Positions 18,716 through 28,233 of a DNA stretch of 64,000 nt are shown piece by piece. The position numbers and the translations under genes were made by a program. How positions within the stretch are numbered: the first letter of the stretch is position 1; the number at the start of each line of letters is the position of its first letter. The stretch is from Gammaproteobacteria bacterium. GTDB taxonomy: Bacteria; Pseudomonadota; Gammaproteobacteria; Poriferisulfidales; GCA-002705445. The stretch lies in NCBI GenBank assembly GCA_018675635.1, contig JABGXU010000008.1:2544-66543 (forward strand). The letters are read 5' to 3'. The notes under the pieces were generated by a model. It saw nothing but the letters and a program-made list of their open reading frames with translations, was not told where the DNA came from and searched no databases.

Positions 18716-21368
18716 AATTAATACCATAATTAACTATCAAAGGTAACTTAAGATTTACACAATTTTGCATAATATTAATAATATTTTCTACCTCATTATC
18801 AACATCTTTTTCATTAATTTCAAAAACTAACTCGTCATGAACTTGCATAATCATTTTAGTATTTGAGTTAATTTCATTTAACCAGCAATCAATTTCAATC
18901 ATAGCTATTTTTATTATATCTGCAGCACTTCCTTGAACTGGAGCATTTATTGCGGTTCTTTCTGCATACTTTCTTCTTTGCACTTGCTTAGAATTAATTT
19001 CAGGCAAATAAAGTTTTCTACCAAATATGGTTTCAACATAACCATTTTTTTGCGCAAATTCTTTTGTTTCTTTCATGTACAATTTTATTTTTGGATATCT
19101 ATCAAAATAAATATCCATATAATCTTTAGCTTCTGGTATTGATATCCCTAATTGTTTAGACATTCCAAATGATGACATTCCATATATTAACCCAAAATTA
19201 ATTGTTTTTGCTGCTCTTCTATCCTCTAAAGTCACATTATCAATATCTATATTAAAAATTTCTGCTGCTGTAAATGAATGTACATCAATATTATTTGTAA
19301 ACGCTTGTAATAAATTTCTATCATTAGATAAATGAGCCATAATTCTTAATTCAATTTGAGAATAATCAGCTGCAAGAATTTTATTACCAACATCCGCTAT
19401 GAATGCTGTTCTTATTTTTTTCCCTTGAGAACTTTTAATAGGTATATTTTGTAAATTTGGCTCAGTTGACGACAATCTTCCAGTAGCTGTAATTGCTTGT
19501 TGATATGAGGTATGAACTCTTCCTGTTTTTTTTGAAACTTGCAAGGGTAATTTATCAGTGTAACCCGTCTTTAATTTATTTAAAGATCGATAATCTAGAA
19601 TTAATTCAGGCAATTTGTGAGATTGCGAAAGAAATTGTAAAGTATCCTCATCTGTAGAAGGTTTCCCAGTAGGAGTATTTTTAAATATTGGTATTTTTAA
19701 ATCTATATATAATATTTCTTGCAATTGTTTTGGAGAATTTAAATTAAATTTCTTTTTTGTTATTTCAAAACATTTTTTTTGAATTTCATTTAGCTCTTTT
19801 TCTAGCTCTTTACTCAATTTATTGAGTTTTTTAGAATCAATTAAAACTCCGTTCCTCTCAATATCAGATAATATTGGCATTAAAGGAATCTCTATATCAC
19901 TATAAATCTTAATAATATTTTTATCTTTTGAAACCTTTTCCCATAAATAATTATACAATTCCAAACTAATAATTGCATCTTCACAGGAATATTCAGCCGC
20001 AACATCTATATCTACTTCAGAAAATGGTATTTGTTTAACTCCTTTTCCTGCTACATCTTCATAATGAATAGTCTTGTGTGATAAATATTTTTCAGCAACA
20101 TTATCTAAACCATGGCGTATTGCTGTTGAATCATACACATAAGATAAAAGCATTGAATCATGCTGAATACCTTTTAAATTAATTTTATAGTTTAATAAAA
20201 CATTTCTATCATATTTAAGATTATGTCCAACTTTTTTTATTTTTTTATCCTCAAGTATAGATTTGAAATTTTCTAAAACATATTTTATTGGTAATTGTTT
20301 GTACTTAGATTCATCGATATGCGAGAGAGGAATATAAAAACTTTTTTTTGATTCTAATGCAAAAGATATTCCAACAATCTCAGCTTCAATATAGTCAAGA
20401 CTTGTTGTTTCTAGATCAAATGAAAAAAAACATTTCTTTTTAATATCATTTAATAACTGAGTAAAAACATTTTTCTCAGTTATTACATTATAATTATTAC
20501 TAAATTTTTTTTTATTTTCTTTTTCTAAAAAATAATTTAATTCAAGGCTTTTATATATATTGATTAAATGCTCTTTCTTAGCTTCGTGTTTAACAAGATC
20601 ATCTATATCTAAAAGAATTTCTAAATCACACTTTATTGTTGCTAGTTTTTTTGAGAGTTTCAGTTTCTCAATATTAGATTTTAATGAATCACCAACTTTT
20701 CCAGTTATTAAATCTTGATTTTTTATTATACTTTCTACATTACCATGTTTATTAATTAATCTAGATGCAGTTTTACTGCCAACACCGGGAACCCCAGGAA
20801 TATTATCTGCCTTATCTCCAACTAAGGCTAAATAATCAATAATATTTTTTGGATCAACGCCAAACTTTTTTTTAACTCCTTTAGAATCCATTTTGTCTAA
20901 TGTAACTGGATTTATAATAGATATATTTTTATCCACAAGCTGCGCAAAATCTTTATCTCCTGAAAAAATTTTTACCTTATAAGCATTTTTGTATTTTTTT
21001 GACAATGTTCCTATTACATCATCTGCTTCTACACCACTTATAATGATTGGAGGAAATCCAAGTAAATCTAATATTTTATATAATTTAGGTATTTGCTCTA
21101 CTAATTCGCTTGGCATTGCTGATCTATTAGCTTTATACTGCTCAAACATTTTATGTCTAAAATTTTTGCCTTTAGCGTCAAATACAACCCCAATATGCTT
21201 AGGATTAAAATCCTCCATAATTTTATTTATAGCCTTTAAAAATCCATGAATAGCGCCTGTATTTTCCCCTTTACTATTTTTTAAGGGTGGCAATGCATGA
21301 TAAGCGCGGTATAAATACGCTGTTCCGTCCAATAATAATAAAATATCTTCTTTTTGTTTTCCATTCAT
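18693..21368 (-). CDS. polA: DNA polymerase I
   Basis: 5'-3' exonuclease (YRAYHA, EADDVIG), 3'-5' exonuclease (DLETT) and polymerase motifs DYSQIELR, AKTINFGLIYG, QVHDELV. Confidence 0.99.
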   Translation of the reverse strand: MNGKQKEDILLLLDGTAYLYRAYHALPPLKNSKGENTGAIHGFLKAINKIMEDFNPKHIGVVFDAKGKNFRHKMFEQYKANRSAMPSELVEQIPKLYKILDLLGFPPIIISGVEADDVIGTLSKKYKNAYKVKIFSGDKDFAQLVDKNISIINPVTLDKMDSKGVKKKFGVDPKNIIDYLALVGDKADNIPGVPGVGSKTASRLINKHGNVESIIKNQDLITGKVGDSLKSNIEKLKLSKKLATIKCDLEILLDIDDLVKHEAKKEHLINIYKSLELNYFLEKENKKKFSNNYNVITEKNVFTQLLNDIKKKCFFSFDLETTSLDYIEAEIVGISFALESKKSFYIPLSHIDESKYKQLPIKYVLENFKSILEDKKIKKVGHNLKYDRNVLLNYKINLKGIQHDSMLLSYVYDSTAIRHGLDNVAEKYLSHKTIHYEDVAGKGVKQIPFSEVDIDVAAEYSCEDAIISLELYNYLWEKVSKDKNIIKIYSDIEIPLMPILSDIERNGVLIDSKKLNKLSKELEKELNEIQKKCFEITKKKFNLNSPKQLQEILYIDLKIPIFKNTPTGKPSTDEDTLQFLSQSHKLPELILDYRSLNKLKTGYTDKLPLQVSKKTGRVHTSYQQAITATGRLSSTEPNLQNIPIKSSQGKKIRTAFIADVGNKILAADYSQIELRIMAHLSNDRNLLQAFTNNIDVHSFTAAEIFNIDIDNVTLEDRRAAKTINFGLIYGMSSFGMSKQLGISIPEAKDYMDIYFDRYPKIKLYMKETKEFAQKNGYVETIFGRKLYLPEINSKQVQRRKYAERTAINAPVQGSAADIIKIAMIEIDCWLNEINSNTKMIMQVHDELVFEINEKDVDNEVENIINIMQNCVNLKLPLIVNYGINFNWGDAH

Positions 21369-21414
21369 AGGCTCTATGTTGTTATAATCACCTCAAAAAT
21401 ATTAAAAAAATCCT

Positions 21415-22365
21415 ATGTCTGTTTATACACGACTTACAAAAGAAGAACTAGAGCAATTACTAAATCATTATGATATAGGTAATTTTATTGCAATTGAGGG
21501 TATCAATGAGGGTATTACAAACTCGAATTACTACTTAACTACTTCATCAGATAAATATATTTTAACAATATTTGAAGAGCCAAATTTAAATTTAGAATAT
21601 ACAATTGGATTAATGGATATATTATCAAAGAGTGAAATACCATGTCCAATACCTATAAAAACAAAAAAAGGTAAAAGTATAATTTCTGCAAAGAATAAAC
21701 CCTTGTCTATTTTTTCTCTGCTCCCCGGAAAAACTATTACAAATACTGTTCCATCAATAGATATGTGTAAACAAATAGGAGAAATAATTGCAAAGATTCA
21801 TGTCAAATCCAAGAAATTTACAAACCACGAAATAGGCTTAAGAGATGGAAAATGGTTTTTTAAGACAGCTGAAGAACTTCGTAGCGTTTTGTCATCTGAT
21901 GACATAAATTTAGTAAATAATGAATTAAAAAATCAAAATGAGTGTGATAATAAAAATTTACCAAAAGGTATTATTCACTCTGATTTATTTAGAGATAATG
22001 CAATGTTTGAAAATGGAGAACTTACTGGCGTTCTAGACTTTTATTATGCATGTAACGGATATTATCTATATGATCTAGCAATAATAGTGAATGACTGGTG
22101 TCTAAATGAAGATATGACAATTAATATTGATAAACAAAATGTTTTAATAGAATCTTATAGCAAAATTAGACAACTGGAATCTATAGAAATAGAATTTTGG
22201 CCAAACGCTTTAAGACATGCTGCATTAAGATTTTGGCTTTCAAGACTTCATGATAAACATCATCCATCAGAAGGAGAAATGACCCATCAATTAGATCCAG
22301 ATGAGTTTAAAAATATTTTAAAAGATAGAATAAGTAATAACTATTATTTAAAAACTAATGCTTAG
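21415..22365 (+). CDS. thrB: Homoserine kinase, type II (Pseudomonas-type)
   Basis: MSVYT, GITNSNY, LTIFE, IHSDLFRDN, DFYYA and ALRFWLSRL motifs. Confidence 0.93.
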   Translation: MSVYTRLTKEELEQLLNHYDIGNFIAIEGINEGITNSNYYLTTSSDKYILTIFEEPNLNLEYTIGLMDILSKSEIPCPIPIKTKKGKSIISAKNKPLSIFSLLPGKTITNTVPSIDMCKQIGEIIAKIHVKSKKFTNHEIGLRDGKWFFKTAEELRSVLSSDDINLVNNELKNQNECDNKNLPKGIIHSDLFRDNAMFENGELTGVLDFYYACNGYYLYDLAIIVNDWCLNEDMTINIDKQNVLIESYSKIRQLESIEIEFWPNALRHAALRFWLSRLHDKHHPSEGEMTHQLDPDEFKNILKDRISNNYYLKTNA

Positions 22366-22849
22366 TATTGTAAAAAAAATAGATTTCATAAATGAAAAAA
22401 TAGGTACATATACATCTTATTTATTAGTTCCAATGATATTTATAACTTTTTTTGTAGCCTTTATGAGATACGCATTAGATTTTGGAAGTATCGCTATTCA
22501 AGAACTTATAATATATTTGCACGCCTTAATTTTTTGTGTAGCTGCAGCATATACGTTAAAAAACAATATGCATGTAAGAATTGATATTTTTTATAATGAA
22601 TTTTCAGAAAATAAAAAAAAAATAATAAATTTTTACGGTACTATATTTTTATTGCTTCCAACATGCATAGTTATATTTACAACAAGTTTTAATTACGTTC
22701 TTTCTTCAATTTTACTTTTAGAATCGTCTAAAGAAGCAGGAGGACTTCCTTTCTTATATATTTTAAAATCATATATATTAATAATGTCTACTTTATTATT
22801 TTTTCAAGGAATCTCTGAATTAATTAAAAATTTACAAGGTCGCGAATAA
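22358..22849 (+). CDS. TRAP transporter small permease (DctQ family)
   Basis: 4 TM helices, QEL, AYTLK..HVRIDIFY and ESSKEAGGLP motifs. Confidence 0.92.
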   Translation: MLSIVKKIDFINEKIGTYTSYLLVPMIFITFFVAFMRYALDFGSIAIQELIIYLHALIFCVAAAYTLKNNMHVRIDIFYNEFSENKKKIINFYGTIFLLLPTCIVIFTTSFNYVLSSILLLESSKEAGGLPFLYILKSYILIMSTLLFFQGISELIKNLQGRE

Positions 22850-22851
22850 TA

Positions 22852-24210
22852 ATGCTATCAATATTACTTTTTTTGCTGGTTATTTTTATTCTAATGCTTG
22901 GCTACCCTGTGGCATTTACTTTATCTGGGGTGTCTTTAATTTTTGCTCTTTTATGCAGCTTTACAAATAATTTTGATCTTTCATTGTTATATGCTTTACC
23001 AAGTAGAATATTTGGCATTATTACTAACGAAACTCTACTAGCTATTCCAATGTTTATATTTATGGGTATTATGCTTGAAAAATCCAAAATTGCAGAAAAT
23101 CTTTTAGAGTCTATGTCTAGCTTGTTTCAAAAAATTAATGGTGGACTTGGAATTTCTGTAATAATTGTTGGAGCACTTCTAGCTGCTAGCACTGGCATTG
23201 TTGGAGCTACCGTTGTAACTATGGGCCTTCTATCCTTACCTACAATGTTAAAACAAAACTATGATGTTAAAGTAGCAACAGGAACTATATTAGCATCTGG
23301 CACATTGGGACAAATTATACCTCCCTCTATTATTTTAATACTTTTAGGAGATGTGATTTCTTCTTCATACCAAGAAGCCCAAAATATGTTAGGTATATTT
23401 TCCCAAGAAAGTGTTTCTGTTGGGGATTTATTTGCAGGCGCTATTTTTCCTGGACTAATTTTAGTTGGTTTTTATATTTTATATATATTATTTTTATCTA
23501 CCTTTAGAAAAGATTTAATACCAAAAAAAAAATTACAACTACATTTACGTTTTAAAATAATTCTTCTATCTTTAATAGCTCCCTTATTTTTAATATTAGC
23601 TGTTCTTGGCTCAATAATAATGGGTTTAGCTACACCAACAGAGGCGTCTTCTGTTGGAGCTATCGGCGCAATTATATTAGCTGGAACAAATAGAAAATTA
23701 AATTTAGATATTTTAAAAGGTGTTTTAGTTCAAGCTTCAAAAATTACTAGTATGATTTTTATTTTATTAATAGGAGCAACAATTTTTTCCCTTGTTTTTA
23801 GAGGGCTGGAAGGAGATGTATTTGTTCATGATATATTAACCAGCTTGCCTGGGGGAGTATATTCAAAATTATTTTTCGTTATGATGATAATTTTCTTTCT
23901 TGGTTTTATTTTAGATTTTATAGAAATCACATATGTTGTAATTCCTGTTGTTGCACCAATTCTTCTTGCTATGGGAGTTAACCCTATATGGTTAGGTATA
24001 TTAATAGCAATAAATTTACAAACGTCTTTTTTAACTCCACCGTTTGGCTTTGCAATATTTTATTTAAAGAGTGTTATACCAAAAAATATTAAAACAGTTG
24101 ATATATATAGAGGAGTAATACCTTTTATTATTATTCAATTAATAACAATTTTAATAATAGTATTAATACCTGAAACAACTACATGGTTACCAAACAAAAT
24201 TTTTGGTTAA
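22852..24210 (+). CDS. TRAP transporter large permease (DctM family)
   Basis: GYPVAF, LAIPMFIFMG, SGTLGQIIPPS, ATPTEA and QTSFLTPPFG motifs. Confidence 0.95.
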   Translation: MLSILLFLLVIFILMLGYPVAFTLSGVSLIFALLCSFTNNFDLSLLYALPSRIFGIITNETLLAIPMFIFMGIMLEKSKIAENLLESMSSLFQKINGGLGISVIIVGALLAASTGIVGATVVTMGLLSLPTMLKQNYDVKVATGTILASGTLGQIIPPSIILILLGDVISSSYQEAQNMLGIFSQESVSVGDLFAGAIFPGLILVGFYILYILFLSTFRKDLIPKKKLQLHLRFKIILLSLIAPLFLILAVLGSIIMGLATPTEASSVGAIGAIILAGTNRKLNLDILKGVLVQASKITSMIFILLIGATIFSLVFRGLEGDVFVHDILTSLPGGVYSKLFFVMMIIFFLGFILDFIEITYVVIPVVAPILLAMGVNPIWLGILIAINLQTSFLTPPFGFAIFYLKSVIPKNIKTVDIYRGVIPFIIIQLITILIIVLIPETTTWLPNKIFG

Positions 24211-24220
24211 TTTTTTCTTT

Positions 24221-24295
24221 TTAGTTACTTAACTCATCTTGTTTTGTAGTAACTCCACCGTCCCAGCCTTCAGAAACATCTGTATATGCAGTATC
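24221..24295 (-). pseudogene. Relic alternative 3' end of the 206-aa membrane protein gene (DTAYTDVSEGWDGGVTTKQDELSN*)
   Basis: Lies just past the gene's stop, out of frame; repeats the last codons and continues 13 codons to a TAA. Confidence 0.65.
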
Positions 24296-24337
24296 TTTTA
24301 TTCCCAACCTTCAGAAACATCTGTATATGCAGTATCT
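24261..24337. repeat. 36-bp direct repeat, period 41 bp, 35/36 identical
   Basis: 24261-24296 versus 24302-24337; the single difference is synonymous (GGC/GGT Gly). Confidence 0.95.
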
Positions 24338-24918
24338 CTTATAAGCGTATAATTTGTGAAAGTATTTAAAGATACTATAGCAAAAAATACCCCAGCAGCA
24401 ATATAACTAAGTCTTTTATTTATTCTTTGATCTGTAGCTACTTTAATTTGATATATTACTGAACCTAGTGCTGTGTAAATACATATTGTGAAGAATATAA
24501 TCACTGGCATATATCTCATACCAAATTCTTGTATCCCATAAAATACAATAAATGTTCCATATGCAGCAACGAGAAAAGCTACATAAAAAAGAGAATCTGA
24601 AACTTTTGTATTTTTCACAAATGAATATAAAACATAGAGTCCAAATAATGCATTAACAAATAGCCATATTACTCGAAGCTCTGGAGCTAGATCATAATCA
24701 AAATATGCTGGTTCAGCTTTTGCATTTAACATAAAACCAGGGTCTTTTAAAGCTCCACCAACAGCTATTGCATTCATTACACCCAGAGAAAATAAAATTA
24801 TTTTCCCAATTTTCGCCTTATTAAATTTTAAAGCAAAAAATATAATTTGCCCCGCAGTTATAGCATTTAGTAATAATATTACATTGTAAATCCATTGATT
24901 CGATAGTATTTGTAGCAT
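24298..24918 (-). CDS. Hypothetical integral membrane protein (~6 TM)
   Basis: 206-aa ORF with GGGG RBS and six hydrophobic segments; no recognised family. Confidence 0.8.
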   Translation of the reverse strand: MLQILSNQWIYNVILLLNAITAGQIIFFALKFNKAKIGKIILFSLGVMNAIAVGGALKDPGFMLNAKAEPAYFDYDLAPELRVIWLFVNALFGLYVLYSFVKNTKVSDSLFYVAFLVAAYGTFIVFYGIQEFGMRYMPVIIFFTICIYTALGSVIYQIKVATDQRINKRLSYIAAGVFFAIVSLNTFTNYTLIRDTAYTDVSEGWE

Positions 24919-24996
24919 TTTTTTTCCCCAAATATTTCTTTTTTAATTTTATAGTATATTATCTTATTAAACGCCTTTGGTACAGCATTTCTATTT

Positions 24997-26067
24997 TTAA
25001 ATATCTAAATAAGCTTTTATTGATATATCGTTCCAATTCTTAGTTTTTTCCTGAAAAGAAGTATATGAATTATAAACTTCTTTTGCAAAATTATTTTTTA
25101 AAGACAATTCTTTTACTACTGTTTTTGAAATATTATACAATTCCTCTAAAACTTCCTTTGGATATGGTCTTATTTCAACTTTATGCTTATTTTGTAATAT
25201 CTGCAAAGCATCATTATTTCTAGAAATATACTCGCATAACATGTCAAGATTAGCAATTTTTGCGGCTCCTTTTACTATTTCTTTTAAATCCTCTGGAAGC
25301 TCAGCAAATTTATTTTTATTTATAAAGCATTCTAAAGTTGTGCCTGGTTCATGCCAACCTGGATAGTAATAATATTTAGCTGCTTTATGTAAACCAAATG
25401 CAAGATCGTTGTAAGGGTTCACCCATTCAGTAGCATCTATTGTGCCAGTTTTTAAAGCTGTAAATAATTCTCCACCAGGAAGATTTACGGGGGTACCACC
25501 CGCTCTTCTTAAAACTTCCCCCCCAAGACCAGGTATTCTCATTTTTAAACCTTTGAGATCGCTCAATGAATTAATTTCCTTATTAAACCAGCCTCCCATT
25601 TGCACGCCAGTATTACCTGCGGCCATAGGGACTAAATTAAAATCAAAATAAGCTTGTTCCCAAAGTTTTAGACCGCCACCTTTATATAACCAAGCATTCA
25701 TTTCATTTGCTGTCATACCAAAAGGTACTGTGGAAAAAAATTGAAAGATATCATTTTTTCCTTTCCAATAATATGCAGAACCGTGTCCAAGTTCAGCGAC
25801 GCCACTTGATACAGCATCAAATATTTCAAATGCTGGAACTAACTCTCCTGCTCCATAAACTGTTACCTTAATTCTACCGCCAGACAATTTTTGTATTAGT
25901 TCAGCTAAATATTCTGCTCCAGTACCCAAACCTGGAAAATTTTTTGGCCATGTTGTTACCATTTTCCAATTATATTCTGGTTTATAATTATTTGCTTTTA
26001 ATACTACGGGAATAGAACCAAGCAATGCGATACTGCTAAATTTTTTAAAAAAATCTCTTCTCTTCAT
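24997..26067 (-). CDS. TRAP substrate-binding protein (DctP, TakP-like), Tat signal
   Basis: MKRRDFF twin-Arg, WKMVTTWP, YYWKGK, GNTGVQMGGWF, KMRIPG and YYPGWHEPG motifs. Confidence 0.93.
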   Translation of the reverse strand: MKRRDFFKKFSSIALLGSIPVVLKANNYKPEYNWKMVTTWPKNFPGLGTGAEYLAELIQKLSGGRIKVTVYGAGELVPAFEIFDAVSSGVAELGHGSAYYWKGKNDIFQFFSTVPFGMTANEMNAWLYKGGGLKLWEQAYFDFNLVPMAAGNTGVQMGGWFNKEINSLSDLKGLKMRIPGLGGEVLRRAGGTPVNLPGGELFTALKTGTIDATEWVNPYNDLAFGLHKAAKYYYYPGWHEPGTTLECFINKNKFAELPEDLKEIVKGAAKIANLDMLCEYISRNNDALQILQNKHKVEIRPYPKEVLEELYNISKTVVKELSLKNNFAKEVYNSYTSFQEKTKNWNDISIKAYLDI

Positions 26068-26081
26068 AATGTGTTCCTATT

Positions 26082-28232
26082 TCATAAAACTTCTAGATTA
26101 GCAATTGCTAAAATTAACCATTTATTTCCTACTTCATCAAAAGATACCTGCACCCTAGTATTTGCATCAGAACCCTCTGTAGAAATAACTACTCCCTCTC
26201 CAAATTTTCTATGTGCAACTCTTTTCCCCATAATAGAATTTTGTTTAACAATATGTTGACTACCTAAAGAATTTTCCTTATTAAAAAATCTTTTTGGATT
26301 ATATCCAATTTCTTCAACCACTTCTTTAGGAATTTCATTCAAAAATCTTGATGGCAAGCAATAATTTTCTGAGCCATATTGTCTTCTCATTTGTGCGTGA
26401 GAAATATAAAGCTTCTTACGAGCTCTTGTAATACCAACATAACAAAGTCTTCTTTCTTCCTCTAAGTTTTCTTCCTCTAATGACATTCTACTGGGAAATA
26501 AATTTTCTTCCAGCCCCACTAAAAAAACTATAGGAAATTCAAGACCTTTAGATGAATGCAATGTCATTAATTGAACACATTCATCCCAATCATTACCCTG
26601 TCCTTCACCTGATTCTAATGAAGTATGAGTTAAAAAAGCCTCTAATATAGTTTCATCAGCATCTATATCCTCATTTAAAAATTCTTGGGCTGCAGAAACT
26701 AATTCATCTAAATTTTCTATTTTTGAGCGAGCTTGTTCAGTTTTATTTTTTTCATACATTTCTTTAATTTTTATAATTTTTATAATCTCTTTTATTTGAT
26801 CAGGCAATTCATCTTTTTGCAAAATACTATTTATTGTATTAATTAAATTATAGAATTCTAATAAAGAATCTTTAGCTTTTTTTGAAAAAATATTTTTTCC
26901 ACATGCCAGTGGTATAGATTCATATAAAGATAAATTTTCTCTTTTAGAAAAATCTCTTAATAAAGATTTTGTTTTTTCTCCAATGCCTCTTGAGGGCATA
27001 TTTACTACTCTCTCAAAAGAGTTATCATCTTTGTTACTTACAGAGAGTCTCATATAAGCTAATACATCTTTAATTTCTGCTCTTTCGAAAAATCTAAATC
27101 CACCATAAATTTTATAAGGAATACCTTTTGCAATAAGTTTTTCTTCAAAAACCCTAGATTGCGCATTAGATCTATACAATATTGCAATTTCGTTTCTTTT
27201 AAAATCTTCTGATATATGATTTTCAATTGTTTCTATAACAAATGTTGCTTCACCAATCTCATTATTTGCTGAAAAAATTTTTATAGGATCGCCACTTTTA
27301 TCTTCAGTCCATAAATTTTTTCCCATTCTTGACTTGTTATTTAATATCACGCTATTAGCAGCAAGCAATATATTCCCTGTAGATCTATAATTCTGTTCCA
27401 GTCTAAAAACTTTTATATCATTAAAATCTTTTTGAAATTTTTTGATATTTTCAACTTTTGCTCCTCTCCAACCATATATTGACTGATCATCATCGCCTAC
27501 AGCAAACATAGATGTATTTTTACTAGACATAGTTTTTATTAATTCATATTGAATGGTATTTGTATCCTGGAATTCATCTATAAGAATAACCCCAAATAAA
27601 TTATGGTAGTACAACTGAACTTCTTTATTTTTTTTCAACAACTCTAAAGTTCTTAAAATAATTTCCCCAAAATCAACTAATCCACTGCTATTACAATATT
27701 CTTCGTATAGCTTGTAAATTTTATTGTATTGTATGCTTATAAAATCATCATCTTTAATCTTATTACTTCTTATACTTTGGTCCTTCTTTTTATTTATAAA
27801 CCAAGCAACTTGTTTGGGTAAAATTTGAGAATTATCAATTTCTTGCTCTTTCATTATTCTTTTAATAATTCTTACCTGATCATCTGTATCAATTACTTGA
27901 AAACTTTTTGGTAATAAAGCTTTTTGGTAATTAGCCCTTAAAATTCTATAACATACTCCATGAAATGTACCTACCCACATACTTTCAATACTAATATTTA
28001 AGCTACTAGATAATCTATTTTTAATTTCCTTAGCTGCTTTATTCGTAAAAGTTACAGCTAATATCGAATAAGGTGAAAAATCATTGTCTTCAATTAACCA
28101 TAGGATTCTTTGTATTAAAACTTTTGTCTTTCCGCTGCCTGCTCCTGCTATTACTAAACTATTCTGCGATATGTTACAGACAGCATCTCTTTGTGCTTCA
28201 TTAAGTTCATTAAGATTAGTATTAGAATTCAT
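26082..28232 (-). CDS. uvrD: DNA helicase II
   Basis: AGAGSGKT, TFTNKAA, DEFQDTN, VGDDDQSIYGWRGA, LEQNYRST and EERRLCYVGITRA motifs; C-terminal tudor-like tail. Confidence 0.96.
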   Translation of the reverse strand: MNSNTNLNELNEAQRDAVCNISQNSLVIAGAGSGKTKVLIQRILWLIEDNDFSPYSILAVTFTNKAAKEIKNRLSSSLNISIESMWVGTFHGVCYRILRANYQKALLPKSFQVIDTDDQVRIIKRIMKEQEIDNSQILPKQVAWFINKKKDQSIRSNKIKDDDFISIQYNKIYKLYEEYCNSSGLVDFGEIILRTLELLKKNKEVQLYYHNLFGVILIDEFQDTNTIQYELIKTMSSKNTSMFAVGDDDQSIYGWRGAKVENIKKFQKDFNDIKVFRLEQNYRSTGNILLAANSVILNNKSRMGKNLWTEDKSGDPIKIFSANNEIGEATFVIETIENHISEDFKRNEIAILYRSNAQSRVFEEKLIAKGIPYKIYGGFRFFERAEIKDVLAYMRLSVSNKDDNSFERVVNMPSRGIGEKTKSLLRDFSKRENLSLYESIPLACGKNIFSKKAKDSLLEFYNLINTINSILQKDELPDQIKEIIKIIKIKEMYEKNKTEQARSKIENLDELVSAAQEFLNEDIDADETILEAFLTHTSLESGEGQGNDWDECVQLMTLHSSKGLEFPIVFLVGLEENLFPSRMSLEEENLEEERRLCYVGITRARKKLYISHAQMRRQYGSENYCLPSRFLNEIPKEVVEEIGYNPKRFFNKENSLGSQHIVKQNSIMGKRVAHRKFGEGVVISTEGSDANTRVQVSFDEVGNKWLILAIANLEVL

Positions 28233-28233
28233 T

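Noticed and set aside
24298..24918. Orphan membrane protein as a possible rhodopsin
   Set aside because: Only about six TM segments and no retinal-binding Lys motif in the last helix
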